Positions 1 through 11,600 are shown, counted from the stretch's first letter. The stretch: 47,809 bases of DNA from Candidatus Nomurabacteria bacterium (GCA_029288725.1 JARIGS010000024.1:1-47809); one strand, 5' to 3'. Program-made: numbers and translations. Notes: generated by a model from the letters alone, not told the origin.

Positions 1-510
1 CGGGGAAGCGTACGCTTCCCCGCGCACTTCATCCTCCTCGCTGCTATGAATCCCTGTCCGTGTGGCTATCGCGGCAGCACGATCAAGTCATGTAGTTGTA
101 CTGGTCACGAACTTGCTCGCTACAACAAAAAACTTTCCGGACCAATTATGGATCGTATTGATCTCTGGGTCCCCGTACAACACATCGAATACGAGTCACT
201 GCACGAAATTGGTACCATCAAGGAAAGTGCCGCAATGCAAGTTCGCGTACAGGCATTGCGCAGAGTGCAATACGATCGCACCGGCAGACTGAACAGCACA
301 ATGTCTTCACAGGAAGTGCGGACCAAAAGCAATCTCACCGATAACGCGAAAAAACAATTGCAGCAATTTGCCGCGACGCTAAAACTTTCTCCGCGCTCAT
401 ATCTGCGCACTATCAAAGTCGCACGCACTATCGCCGACCTTGATCATTCCGACGCGATCGAAGAGCGACACATTCTTGAAGCACTGCAGTATCGTCCAAA
501 ATTGGAATAG
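1..510 (+). CDS. comM: ComM/YifB Mg-chelatase-family ATPase, C-terminal part (5' truncated by window)
   Basis: Frame open from base 1: FPAHFILLAAMNPCPCG...KLSGPIMDRIDL...LSPRSYLRTIKVARTIADL...HILEALQYR are YifB/ComM motifs. Confidence 0.92.
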   Translation, partial: RGSVRFPAHFILLAAMNPCPCGYRGSTIKSCSCTGHELARYNKKLSGPIMDRIDLWVPVQHIEYESLHEIGTIKESAAMQVRVQALRRVQYDRTGRLNSTMSSQEVRTKSNLTDNAKKQLQQFAATLKLSPRSYLRTIKVARTIADLDHSDAIEERHILEALQYRPKLE

Positions 511-511
511 G

Positions 512-727
512 ATGAACATCATTTATACCGATCATGCAAAAGAACGAATGCGACAACGTAAAATTTATCAAAAAGATATCAAGGATGTAATAAGAAAACC
601 AAACATAGAGATATTGAGGAAGGATAACACTACCATACTGCAAAGTGAACTGAACCGCGGCACTCTTGAAATTATCTGCAAGAAAAGTCATACTACCTGC
701 GTAATCATAACTTGTTATCTCTTATGA
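512..727 (+). CDS. DUF4258-family small protein (RelE/BrnT-like putative toxin)
   Basis: MNIIYTDHAKERMRQRKI...VIITCY pattern; ATG at 512 directly after comM stop. Confidence 0.75.
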   Translation: MNIIYTDHAKERMRQRKIYQKDIKDVIRKPNIEILRKDNTTILQSELNRGTLEIICKKSHTTCVIITCYLL

Positions 728-933
728 AAATAACTCACGACAAAATTGCAGATGCACTCTATATTACCTTTCGCAAGGGGGTTATTGCGAGGACTTCAAA
801 ATTAAAAAACCATGTCGTTATCGACATCGATAAAAACGGTGCGATTCTTGGTGTAGAAATACTTCATGCAAGTACACAAATTGCAAATAAAAAGCCGTTG
901 GATGTTACGGTAAAAATTCCTGCATTGGCATAA
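724..933 (+). CDS. DUF2283-family protein (putative antitoxin)
   Basis: MKITHDKIADALYITF...VVIDIDKNGAILGVEILHAS matches DUF2283; ATGA overlap with upstream gene. Confidence 0.8.
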   Translation: MKITHDKIADALYITFRKGVIARTSKLKNHVVIDIDKNGAILGVEILHASTQIANKKPLDVTVKIPALA

Positions 934-972
934 TAAAAAATCCTCGGGGCTCAGCCTCGAGGATTTTTTATT
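932..972. terminator. Bidirectional hairpin terminator / 41-nt palindromic repeat copy 1
   Basis: AATAAAAAATCCTCGGGGC-TCA-GCCTCGAGGATTTTTTATT between convergent genes. Confidence 0.8.
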
Positions 973-1766
973 TAGATCGTGTAGTTGGTGCCAAGCGGAT
1001 CGTTGCCCCACGGATTGAAGGCATTGTGAATTTCAAAATGGAGATGGGCACCTGTTACTCGTCCGCTGACACCGGAGAGTCCGATGACCTGAAGCTGTGC
1101 AACACTCTGACCAACCGTTACATTAATTTGTGAAAGGTGAGCATACAATGTTTCAGTACCGTTAGGATGTGCGATGATGATGTAGTTACCGTAGCCACCG
1201 TTGTATCCCTCCTTGGCAAGCGTCACTGTACCGGCTGCAGCTGCATGAACAGCGGTACCGATTGGCGCACGAATATCGACTGCATTGTTGTCATGAATGC
1301 CCTGACTGAGCTGTCCCTCGATTGGCTGCATCCAGTATCCGTCTCTAAGGATGGTAGTAATGGTGGGCAATGCAACCTGCGCACTTTGTGCAGAAGCACT
1401 GACAACTGGATATGCCACTTCGGGAGACTGCAGGTCAGAAGGAGGGAGGGCAATAGTGGCTTCCTTGTCGGCGATAGTGTTTTCACCCTTCACTTTTTTT
1501 ATAATTCCTTTTGGTGCGGCTTTTGTCTTGGTAGTCTTTCCGTGGCTCGCCGAAGCTTTAGCGGAGGAGGTTTTCGCGGGCGCAGATTTTTTAGCGACAG
1601 TTTTTGTAGTCGTTTTTTTTGTTGATGCGCTAACAGAAGAAACTTTTTTTACAGCGGGCTTTGCTGTTTTTGAAGCTGCATGCGCAGTGCCGCCAGTAAG
1701 GCTGATGGCTAGGATAAGTATGACAAGAAATCGTAAACGTTTCCTCGGTGTTTCGGGGGGTACCAT
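972..1766 (-). CDS. M23-family metallopeptidase with signal peptide and Lys/Ala/Thr-rich linker (start uncertain, 1766 or 1799)
   Basis: HDNNAVD, GGYGNYI, TLYAHLS and GAHLHFE motifs; signal peptide ending TAHA. Confidence 0.88.
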   Translation of the reverse strand: MVPPETPRKRLRFLVILILAISLTGGTAHAASKTAKPAVKKVSSVSASTKKTTTKTVAKKSAPAKTSSAKASASHGKTTKTKAAPKGIIKKVKGENTIADKEATIALPPSDLQSPEVAYPVVSASAQSAQVALPTITTILRDGYWMQPIEGQLSQGIHDNNAVDIRAPIGTAVHAAAAGTVTLAKEGYNGGYGNYIIIAHPNGTETLYAHLSQINVTVGQSVAQLQVIGLSGVSGRVTGAHLHFEIHNAFNPWGNDPLGTNYTI

Positions 1767-2005
1767 AATTACAAGTACTAATGATATCAAGAAAAGCACG
1801 TCGTTTCATATTTCAACCCGTACAAAACCTATCGTCAATACTTTTTTACTATTTTATCCTGGTATTACAACACATTGACATTTACTCATATTAAACATGT
1901 AATCAAAAATGTATTTCTGTACTTATAAACAAAAGGCGTACTACCATTTTAATTATCCGTCGGTACGCCGTAGCCTTCGTGCAGACTGACTGCTACACTA
2001 CAGGC

Positions 2006-3958
2006 ATGCAATTTCTTGAAGGATTAAATGATGCGCAGCGAAAGGCCGCGATAACAACAGAAGGACCGTTACTTATTGTTGCAGGAGCAGGCGCGGGAAA
2101 AACAAAAACCATTGTCCATCGCATGTGCCATCTCATTGAAAACGGTGTTGCTCCCTCAGCAATCTTGGCGGTGACCTTTACCAACAAGGCCGCAAAGGAG
2201 ATGCGCGAGCGTGTAAGCATGCAGGTGGAGCAGATTCCTGCTGCACTACGCGAGGGCACAATTCCGTTTGTCAGTACGTTTCATAGTTTGGGAGTGTTTC
2301 TTCTGAGAAAGTTCGGCGCCTACGATGGGACTGTGAAACGTTTCACCATCCTTGATGACGCTGATACCATGTCGCTTATTAAGGAATCGTTGCAATACTT
2401 TGGTCTTGATCCGAAACAGAACGAACCGCGTAGCATCCGTTCGCTTATTAGTCGTTCGGCGAATGCATTGCTCACTCCTGAAAAGCTGTTAGGGGAGAGC
2501 AATCCCCACTATCGCATCGCCGGCCAGGTCTGGAAGCGCTATGCATCATTGAAGAAAGAGCAGAAGTCACTGGACTTCGATGATTTGCTGTTGGAAACCG
2601 TGAAACTACTCGAGGAAAACAAAACCGTGCGTGACTGGTGTCATGATACCTGGCAGTACATTCATATCGATGAGTACCAGGACACTAACGAGGTGCAGTA
2701 TCGCATCGCGCGCGCATTGGCCGGCGAACGAAAAAATCTCTGCGTGGTTGGTGACTCCGATCAGAGTATCTATTCATGGCGCGGGGCAAACATCAAAAAT
2801 ATTTTGGAATTCGAGCATGACTATCCGGAAGCAACTGTCGTACTGCTTGAGGAGAATTACCGTTCGACCAAAACTGTGATCGCAGCGGCAAACGAGATCG
2901 TTACTAAAAACAAATACCGCACCCCCAAGGCGCTCTTCACGAACAATGCCGACGGCGAACTTATTTCGGTCTATGCCGCCTACGATGAAAACGATGAGGC
3001 GAAGTTTATCGTTGAACGATGCATTGAGCAGATTGATAGCGGGGTAGCACCGGATGACATTGCAATTTTGTTCCGTACGAATTTTCAATCACGCGCGATT
3101 GAGGAAGCATTCCTTTCGTACAACATTCCATACCAGGTGCTCGGTGTGCGATTCTTCGAGCGTCGCGAAGTGAAGGACGTATTGTCTTATATTCGTGCCG
3201 CACAGAACCCCGACAGTCTTGTCGACATCAAGCGCATCATCAATACGCCAGTCCGAGGCATCGGCAAGGTTACCATTGCAAATTTATTTACTCACGGAAA
3301 AGAATCACTGTCCGGCAAGGCCCTTATCTCAGTCAAAAACTTTTTTGAGCTTCTCGAGCGCATCAGGGATTTTTCTGAACTACACGCTGTTTCAGAAACG
3401 ATTAAGTACATCATCGTCGAGAGCGGTATGCAACGTGCGTATCAGGAAGACAAAGTGGACGGTGAGGAACGATTGGAAAACTTGGAAGAGTTAGTAACCC
3501 TCGGACTTCGTTACGATCATTTTGATGGTACTGATGGATTGGAAAAATTATTGGAAGACGCAACACTGATGAGTGACCAGGATAATCTTGATAAAGAAAC
3601 TAGTAATGGAAAACAGGGAGTGAAGCTCATGACCATTCACGCTGCCAAGGGCTTGGAGTTTGGCACAGTTTTTGTCACGGGACTTGAGCATGGATTGTTT
3701 CCGCATGAACGCGATAGCAAGCTCACTGGTGCTGATGCCGAGGAAGAGCGTCGACTGATGTATGTCGCGGTAACGCGCGCGCGAAAAAAATTGTATCTGA
3801 CCTATGCAAGCATGCGCACGATATTTGGCATGCGCGATGTCCGTTTGCCGTCGGAATTTCTCATGGATGTGCCTGATGAATATATAGAGCGCGAAAGTCG
3901 CAGTGGGGAAGCAGGCTTCGGAAAAGGATTTGGCGGAGACTTTACGGTATTCCTCTAG
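2006..3958 (+). CDS. pcrA: UvrD/PcrA superfamily 1 DNA helicase
   Basis: AGAGAGKT, TFTNKAA, DEYQDTN, VGDSDQSIYSWRGA, MTIHAAKGLEF and EERRLMYVAVTRA motifs. Confidence 0.96.
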   Translation: MQFLEGLNDAQRKAAITTEGPLLIVAGAGAGKTKTIVHRMCHLIENGVAPSAILAVTFTNKAAKEMRERVSMQVEQIPAALREGTIPFVSTFHSLGVFLLRKFGAYDGTVKRFTILDDADTMSLIKESLQYFGLDPKQNEPRSIRSLISRSANALLTPEKLLGESNPHYRIAGQVWKRYASLKKEQKSLDFDDLLLETVKLLEENKTVRDWCHDTWQYIHIDEYQDTNEVQYRIARALAGERKNLCVVGDSDQSIYSWRGANIKNILEFEHDYPEATVVLLEENYRSTKTVIAAANEIVTKNKYRTPKALFTNNADGELISVYAAYDENDEAKFIVERCIEQIDSGVAPDDIAILFRTNFQSRAIEEAFLSYNIPYQVLGVRFFERREVKDVLSYIRAAQNPDSLVDIKRIINTPVRGIGKVTIANLFTHGKESLSGKALISVKNFFELLERIRDFSELHAVSETIKYIIVESGMQRAYQEDKVDGEERLENLEELVTLGLRYDHFDGTDGLEKLLEDATLMSDQDNLDKETSNGKQGVKLMTIHAAKGLEFGTVFVTGLEHGLFPHERDSKLTGADAEEERRLMYVAVTRARKKLYLTYASMRTIFGMRDVRLPSEFLMDVPDEYIERESRSGEAGFGKGFGGDFTVFL

Positions 3959-3976
3959 TAGTGCACTATACATATA

Positions 3977-4819
3977 ATGAAAGCAAAGAAACATCTCGGC
4001 CAGCATTTTCTCAAATCACAGAGTGCCCTTATCAAAATTCGTGACGCAGCCCACATCACGAGCGAAGATACCGTCTTGGAGATTGGACCAGGAACAGGGG
4101 CACTGACGACCCTGCTCATTGCCGCAGCCAAGCATGTCATCGCCATCGAAAAAGACACTGAGCTTATTCCACTACTGGAAACAACATTTGCCCAGGAAAT
4201 TGCTGCAGGGAAATTGACGCTCATTGAAGCAGACGTATTGCATTTTGACCCTTGCACGCTGACAGGCCTTGGAATAAAAACTTATAAACTGGTCGCCAAT
4301 ATTCCATACTATATAACAGGCGCCATCATCGAACAGTTTCTTAGCACGCCTTACCAGCCAGAGACAATGGTGCTCCTCATTCAAAAAGAGGTGGCAGAAC
4401 GAATCGTTGCTCGACCCGCCGATGGAACTAGTCGCAGCAAGGAAAGCATCCTCTCAGTCGCGGTCAAAGCCTATGGCGTACCGAAAATCATTGCCAAAGT
4501 ACCACCCGGAGCATTTGTCCCACCTCCGACCGTTGATTCCGCTATCCTTTCTATTGAAAACATTACCCGAAATTTCTTTAATGACTGCGACGAAATGCTC
4601 TTTTTCGCTGTCATGAAGGCTGTATTTGGCAAGAAGCGCAAGCAAATTGGTGGAAGCCTGGCAGAGTTCATCGGCAATAAGGAACAGGCATTGACCGCAC
4701 TTGCTCAATCAGGCATTGATCCTAAGACCCGACCTGAAGACATTACCTTGCAAACATGGAAAAAACTGACGCAAGTGTTGTACAATATAACCAATGAACA
4801 CTTCTCAGGGACCAAGTAA
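3977..4819 (+). CDS. rsmA: 16S rRNA dimethyladenosine transferase
   Basis: KKHLGQHFL, VLEIGPGTGALT, VANIPYYIT and FVPPPTVDSA motifs. Confidence 0.96.
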   Translation: MKAKKHLGQHFLKSQSALIKIRDAAHITSEDTVLEIGPGTGALTTLLIAAAKHVIAIEKDTELIPLLETTFAQEIAAGKLTLIEADVLHFDPCTLTGLGIKTYKLVANIPYYITGAIIEQFLSTPYQPETMVLLIQKEVAERIVARPADGTSRSKESILSVAVKAYGVPKIIAKVPPGAFVPPPTVDSAILSIENITRNFFNDCDEMLFFAVMKAVFGKKRKQIGGSLAEFIGNKEQALTALAQSGIDPKTRPEDITLQTWKKLTQVLYNITNEHFSGTK

Positions 4820-5681
4820 GCAATTCCTCATAAGAGGGGGTATTGCTATTGGTGTTATTGCCATACTATTAATAGTACAGACTGGCTGGTTTAAAAATCT
4901 TTTTCATAAAAAATCAGCAAATAATCAAAACCCGGTAGTAGGCGACCTCATTGCTAAAGACTCAAATGGCAACGGTATTCCTGATTGGGAAGAGCGATTA
5001 TGGGGTCTTGATCCGACCGTGCTCTATACTGACGGTAAAAGTAATATCGAGATTATTAAAGAAAAAAAGCTCGCTCTTGGTATCAAGGATGAGCCCGATG
5101 ACCAGCCTCTTACTCAGACAGACCAGATTGCCCGCAGCCTCTTTAGTCTTTCAGCGGCAGTCGCAGGCTCAGACCAGGTGGATAGCAGTGCTATAACAAG
5201 CGCAGCGGGAAATCTCGGTTCATCGGTAGATATTCAGACTATTAACGATCACTATTCACTAAAAAACCTCAAGACTACCAAGAGTACTCCGCAGTCTATC
5301 CGTACCTATCAATCACAACTTAGCGCTATATTGAGTGCCTATGACAGCAACACTGCTGATATCAATGTGATCGTGCAGGCTTTACAGACAGGGGATTTCA
5401 GCAATGTCGGTCAACTTTCTGCCACGGCCGTAACCTATCGTGGCTTTGCTGACAAGATCAGTCGTCTCACCGTCCCTATCGGTGCAGCTCAGTTTCAGCT
5501 TGATATTATGAATGGCTTCTATGGCATTGCCGACTCGTTTCAATATCTCGTACAGATTCAAGATGACGGTATTTCCGGTCTTTCCGGCATTGTTGCCTAT
5601 CGCAAGTATGACCTGCGGCTTGAAACAGCATTAGTGAATCTACATACTTATTTCGTCCGATACGGTATACTATCTTCGTAA
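4794..5681 (+). CDS. Membrane-anchored hypothetical protein with a thrombospondin-type Ca-binding motif
   Basis: N-terminal TM; DSNGNGIPDWEERLWGLDP motif; 295-aa ORF with own -10 (TACAAT 4781-4786). Confidence 0.7.
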   Translation: MNTSQGPSKQFLIRGGIAIGVIAILLIVQTGWFKNLFHKKSANNQNPVVGDLIAKDSNGNGIPDWEERLWGLDPTVLYTDGKSNIEIIKEKKLALGIKDEPDDQPLTQTDQIARSLFSLSAAVAGSDQVDSSAITSAAGNLGSSVDIQTINDHYSLKNLKTTKSTPQSIRTYQSQLSAILSAYDSNTADINVIVQALQTGDFSNVGQLSATAVTYRGFADKISRLTVPIGAAQFQLDIMNGFYGIADSFQYLVQIQDDGISGLSGIVAYRKYDLRLETALVNLHTYFVRYGILSS

Positions 5682-5682
5682 T

Positions 5683-7710
5683 ATGATGCGATATTTCCTC
5701 ATCCTTAGTCTCATAGTGGCAATCATTGCCGCACCGCTCACTGTCAGTGCACAAACAGCTGGGTACTACACTCCTCAGGTAACCCTGCAATACGGACAGG
5801 ACAACAGCTTTGGTGGATTAAGCTTCAAAGGAGTAGGGTCAGCGCTTGTTTCATGTAGTGGGCTAGGAGATACGGTAGCAAGCGTCATAACAAGTGCGGT
5901 CGATAAGGTCAAAGGAGTCGTTGGCGGATTGATAAGTAAGGGGTTGGACTCTATTACAGGGGGACTGTTTAGTTCATTGTTTGGTGGCGGCAGCAAGCCA
6001 GGCGATAATGCGAGCAGTCCTTCTTATGTTAAAGATACGGCTCTTGAAAATAAGTCCGGCTGTCTCGACGGTATTGCCTATGTCCTTTCCCAACAGGTCT
6101 TGCAACAAATCACCAACCGAACATTGCACTGGGCAAATACGGGCTTTAACGGCAACCCGCTCTATATCAAGGACATTGATTCATACCTCCTTTCAATACG
6201 AAACGAAAAAGTCAGCAGTTTTCTCAATGGAGCTCAAAATAGCAATCCTATCTTTGGCAACGCCCTGCGTTCGGTCATTACCCAGCAAGTCACTGGTTTG
6301 AATGATGGCCAAATAGATGTAGAGCTTAATACCCCCGAAGCAAAAGCATATACATCATTTATGAGCGACTTCAGCAATGGTGGGTGGGACGCATTACTGG
6401 ATCCAAAAAATAATCCTATCGGTGCATTCTTTAATGCTGCGGATGACCTTACCGACAATATCAATACCCAAAAAACCGACACACAAAACGAATTGCAACG
6501 CAATGGAGGATTTCTTGATATGAAAACTTGTGTGGAATATGCGCCCACGGGGGATACCAATGCAGCAATTCAGTCTGGCTTGCATGACCCTGTCTGTCTT
6601 AAGTATGAGACGGTTACACCTGGATCTATCGTCGCTCAGCAAGTATCAAGCATTACTAACTCACCGCAACGCCAGGCAGAACTTGCCACTAGTTTCAACG
6701 AGGCAGTAGGCTCATTCTTTGATGCATTGCTTAATCAGCTCTTTTCTCGCGGTCTTTCCGGTATTAACGGTCAGGCAAACCCTGCCGACATTGGATTGGC
6801 GACCGGCGGGCCAGGAAGCAACACTGTTATCGGCAGCAATGGTCAGGTTCTCGCTGGCATTAATGCCGGAGTAGGGAATATCAATGCTATCGCAGCAGGG
6901 AGCGCAACGGTGGATATCAGTCATCCCCAATTGCTTCGAGCAGTTATTCAGGCCCAGTATGACTACATGAACCGGGCAAGTGACAGTCGCATGGTCCTTG
7001 ACCGCCTCCTCCCTGAAATGGGTCAGCTTGATTACTGCGTACCAGGGCCAAATCCGAGCTGGCAGGATAGCCTCAATGACAATTTGAATACGTACATTAC
7101 TAGTGCCACCGCAACACAGATTAGCAGTGACAGCACCATCAGTAATAGCGGATTATCGTTATACGATAAGGTAAAATTGGGCACTCAGCCAGTAAAGGAT
7201 CGTCAGCTCTCTATTATCGGTAATCCAAGTGCCAAAAGTTATCTTCAGGGCACCGTTAGTGACAACCTTACCCAGGAATTCACTACCAAATTCAGTAGAG
7301 ATGCTATTGGCAATGCCTTTGCTGCAACTACTGTCGGTACAACACAACAGAACTACAATCGTGGGGAAGCAACCGATGCCTACGATGAAGTAGCTGACCT
7401 ACCAACGTTTGCACAAAACGCTACCAAACAGGACCAGCTGTATGCCCAGCATATCGCTACGGCCCAGCAGGATATTCAACAGCTTACTGCTATCAATGCT
7501 CAAGTCCTAAAAATAGTGACCACCGCCAAGGCCCGATATGTTGCCCAACAAAAGGCAGCCGGCACGCCAGTGAACCAGCAGTGTCTTGATGCTTCATATG
7601 TTATCGACAATAGTGCGGTAACAGGCGTATCGCGTCAGGAATCAAACGTGCAAAGTCCGCTCATTCAGCAGACGCTTAATGCCAATAAGTATTTCTATAG
7701 CAACCTATAA
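5683..7710 (+). CDS. Large secreted hypothetical protein (T4SS-like locus)
   Basis: 675-aa ORF, signal peptide ending VSA-Q, paired cysteines, Gly-rich segments. Confidence 0.75.
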   Translation: MMRYFLILSLIVAIIAAPLTVSAQTAGYYTPQVTLQYGQDNSFGGLSFKGVGSALVSCSGLGDTVASVITSAVDKVKGVVGGLISKGLDSITGGLFSSLFGGGSKPGDNASSPSYVKDTALENKSGCLDGIAYVLSQQVLQQITNRTLHWANTGFNGNPLYIKDIDSYLLSIRNEKVSSFLNGAQNSNPIFGNALRSVITQQVTGLNDGQIDVELNTPEAKAYTSFMSDFSNGGWDALLDPKNNPIGAFFNAADDLTDNINTQKTDTQNELQRNGGFLDMKTCVEYAPTGDTNAAIQSGLHDPVCLKYETVTPGSIVAQQVSSITNSPQRQAELATSFNEAVGSFFDALLNQLFSRGLSGINGQANPADIGLATGGPGSNTVIGSNGQVLAGINAGVGNINAIAAGSATVDISHPQLLRAVIQAQYDYMNRASDSRMVLDRLLPEMGQLDYCVPGPNPSWQDSLNDNLNTYITSATATQISSDSTISNSGLSLYDKVKLGTQPVKDRQLSIIGNPSAKSYLQGTVSDNLTQEFTTKFSRDAIGNAFAATTVGTTQQNYNRGEATDAYDEVADLPTFAQNATKQDQLYAQHIATAQQDIQQLTAINAQVLKIVTTAKARYVAQQKAAGTPVNQQCLDASYVIDNSAVTGVSRQESNVQSPLIQQTLNANKYFYSNL

Positions 7711-7715
7711 CCATT

Positions 7716-8627
7716 ATGACTAAACGCATTCTTACTATCATCCTTGTACTCCTCGCTGTTGCCTTTCTATTACTCGGCGGCATCTGGCTTGTCGGTCGTC
7801 ATGAGGCTCAGAAAAATGGCACAACCCCGCTCACCTTTCGACAATTTCTTGGCCTGGGAACAAGTGCAAAACCGGCTTCGACAGCAGGGGGGACACTGAC
7901 CTCAACGTTTACCAATCCTAATGGCGCTACCGGTAGCGGTACCGCAGATAACGGCATCGGCCAGACTACTATTGGTCCAAATGGCACCATTACTAGTACC
8001 GTAGACAATACTCAAGTCAGCCAATTCACCGGTTCCAGCATTTCACCAACAGATAATGGGCTCATCAATAGTGCAACGATAGGCGGGGGAAGTCCTTTTA
8101 ATGGTTCAGGCACTATCGGCACCGGAACAACATTGCCTAGCGGAACTCCTATTACCGGAGGCACAACAGGAAATGGCAGCACCGCAGGGGCTATCGCGGC
8201 CGGCCTTGGAGGCACCAGTTGCAGCACCGCAGACACTACCATTACCTTTACTGCTTCAGAAATCCAACAGCTAAACGCTCTCCAGGCACAATACAATGCC
8301 ATAGCTGCCAACCTTGCAACCGAAAGTGATGCCGCCAACGAGCTTTCTAACTACAATGACGAGAAACTGCAGGAGGCAAAAATCGCGGAATTGCAGAATT
8401 TCTGCCAAACAAACGTGCCTCTTTTGACCGATCCGGAGCTTCGACGCCATGTTCCTACTCCCTTCTGGCACGATATAAATCAAGACAGTGAAACCTTTAC
8501 CCTCAGTGGTATTACCACACCAGTCGGCGCAGCCTATCAGCCTCTGTTCAATGCGCCTGCTACTGCCTATAGCAATGCCGATGCCGCCTCATTCCTTGAG
8601 CGTATGTTGCGCATTAACTTGTGGTAA
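7716..8627 (+). CDS. Membrane-anchored Gly/Thr-rich protein with C-terminal helical region
   Basis: 303 aa; N-terminal TM, low-complexity G/T linker, helical Q/A-rich C-terminus. Confidence 0.7.
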   Translation: MTKRILTIILVLLAVAFLLLGGIWLVGRHEAQKNGTTPLTFRQFLGLGTSAKPASTAGGTLTSTFTNPNGATGSGTADNGIGQTTIGPNGTITSTVDNTQVSQFTGSSISPTDNGLINSATIGGGSPFNGSGTIGTGTTLPSGTPITGGTTGNGSTAGAIAAGLGGTSCSTADTTITFTASEIQQLNALQAQYNAIAANLATESDAANELSNYNDEKLQEAKIAELQNFCQTNVPLLTDPELRRHVPTPFWHDINQDSETFTLSGITTPVGAAYQPLFNAPATAYSNADAASFLERMLRINLW

Positions 8628-8657
8628 AGCAAGCGTCTGACGTGATACACTATATGC

Positions 8658-11600
8658 GTGTCTGCACGCCTCTTTCGTAGTATGAAAAAAATACTATCCT
8701 CCTCATTTCGGACGGCTCTACTGTCAGCATTTTTTTTGCTTGCCCTGTTTGCAAAAGTACAATATGCATCTGCCCAAGTTGCCGCAGACGCTCAAAATGA
8801 CTATGCAAATTATTTGAATCTTTTTGATGACGGCCAAAGTGGCCTTTCTATTCCTAGTGCAGGTGACTTAATTCAGGATTCAACCACTAACGCCGTAACC
8901 GGCTTTAAGGTAAATATCGATCTGGGCTTTACAAGTAATGACAGCGATACTTTAAAGAAAAAATGGGAGCATGTAATACAGACAACAGATCAGGCATTTG
9001 TCATACGAGCCTGTGATAGTGCAAATCCAAACAATTGCTGGATTAACACTATTCCGTATAACACCATAACGACTACGAATGGAAGCCCCGATCTTGTGGG
9101 GACCTCAATTAGCCCTTTATACCAGGTTAATACATTTACTAAGGATGTTTACAATAACCCGATCATACTTTCAAATTTTTCAGTGTTCAGTGGCCCAACC
9201 AAAACCGGAAACTTTAATAGCTACCGCTATAACTACACAAGAGATACGAGTGGCAACAAAGACGAGGGGACAGTAAGTGCTTTCAATGGATTACCGTTAA
9301 CAAATGTTAATTCAGTTAACCTTACCGTTTGGTATTGTGCTGATTCTGTATCAAATGAAACTAACGGTGCTCAGGCATACCAAAAAATTGGCAATATTCT
9401 CAATGATAAAATTGCGACATTTGGAACATTATGTAAGGGGAATTCTTATTTTCGCATCGGTGACCCCATTACTATTACTATACCTGCTACTACCCAAGGA
9501 ATTGCGGCACAGGCAAATACCCAACAAACTACCGTTAGCGGAACTACCAATAAAGATAACTTACCAGAATGCGGCGTTGTTCCTGGATTACAGAACGGTA
9601 CTATTAACGGCTGTGCAGCCCAACTTGCATACGGCGTATATTGGCTCACCGCTTGGTTGGCAGGATTATTTGGAGGGCTGTTTGATTTCTTTATTGGATA
9701 CTCACTGAGCGACGCTTCCTATCGCTTCACTTTTGCCGTTACGGGCTGGAAGCTGGTCCGTGATATTTCCAACGTCTTCTTCATTATCATCATGGTATGG
9801 ACCGGCTTTTCTGCCGTATTCAATACCAGTAAGACTTCAATGAAAAGCGTGGTGCCGAACCTTATCATCAACGCTCTGCTCATCAACTTTAGCTTGTTTG
9901 CCACTCGTGTTGTCATTGATATTTCAAATATCACTGCCCGCATGTTCTATAGCCAAATGATCGTATGTGAGCAGGTAAATATTGATGCGAATGGTAATTG
10001 CCCTCCTGCACAAGCGAAACGAAGCTGGGGGGGATACTGGCCATTGTCGGAAAAAATAATCGGTTCATTCAATCCTCAAGCAATATTTAAAACCAGCGTC
10101 CTTCAGCCGCCTAGCAATACAGGGGCAAATACTACGGCAAATTTTAATGCCCAAAATGCTGCAAGCGCCAGTTCCACTAACGCCCGTGATTATGCAACCT
10201 ATTTCGGCATCGTCTGTCTGATTGCAGCATTTATTATGGTGTTTGTCACTATCATGTTCTTCCGCGTCACCTTCCTCTTTTTAGGAAGAGTAATTGGTTT
10301 ATATATTTGTATGATCTTCTCACCGTTTGCCTTTCTTAGCCGAGACATGCCGCTACTCAGTGGTATTTCAACATTACGATGGAGTGACTGGACAGAAGAA
10401 CTCACCAATTACGCCACCCTTGGGCCAATTTTCTTATTTTTCCTGTATATCATTTATATTTTTCTTTCAAGTAATTTTGTCCAACAAGTTGGGTTTAAAG
10501 ATCCATCCGGAAGCTTTTTCGGTACTGTGCTTGCCATTGTTATTCCTATGCTCATTATTTTCTTCCTGCTTCAGGCAGCACAAAAAGCCGCAGAAAAATT
10601 CTCCGGAGATATTGGAAAAAGGATACAGCAATATGGTGAACGGGTAACAGGTGCAGCAACAGGAACAGCGTTTGGTCTCGCAACCGGAGGGGCTGGATTC
10701 TTGGGAAGAAACGTTGCTGGTAGAGCGATGCAAGCATATGGAAATAGCACCACCGGAAAAAAGGTTATGGTTGACGGCAAGGAAGTCGATGAGACTCGAG
10801 CAATGAGACTTGCAGCTCGATCAGCTACCAGTTGGTCTGCCCGTCAGCAGAACAATTTCTTGCGTTGGGGTCAAACATCGAGCTGGAATGCTGGCAATGC
10901 CGGTGTAAAGGTTGGCGGAAAAGAGTACACGTTAAACACAGGAATAAGCAAGGGATTGGGAGCGTTAGGGGTGAAAACTAATAACCTTGCTGAGAAACTT
11001 AGCTATGTTGGAAAAGATGCAGGAAAAGGTGGCATATTGGCAGTCGACAAAAAACGGGTTGAGGATAGGCAAAAAGAGATTGAAAATAGAATTAAATTTG
11101 ACCATCTAAGTGATGATCAAGCAAAGGCGGTCTGGGAACAGTATAAACAAGATCATATCAATAAAGCTTCTGCGACAGCGGCTGAAAAAACATGGCAAGA
11201 TCATGTTAATGAAGAACCTGCGGTTAAATCAGCAGCAGAAAATCTTGCTCGAATTGAGAAAGAAAACACTGACCTTAAGAATGAACGCCTCAATCTTGAA
11301 AGCGAAGAAACTGCTTTGACCAAAAAGGTTGCTGAAGCTTCAACTCCTAGCGAACACGATCGATATCAAAATCAGCTCACTCAAAATAAGAGCAAGCAAG
11401 CTGCTAACAGAACAGCTCTTGCTGCAAATGAAAATAATCGTACAACTGCTGCCGCACAGCTTGATACCGTCCGAACTAGTACTGTTGACGATCTTAAGAA
11501 AGACGGAAAATACCGACAATCTGAAGCTTACGCGAAAGCGCAGGAAAAGAGCACGCAGGAAGAGGAGACTCGCCTCAACAAATATGGAAAAATCAAAAAT

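Noticed and set aside
1935..1969. GGCGTAC...GTACGCC inverted repeat upstream of pcrA
   Set aside because: Only 7 bp with a long loop; no supporting context
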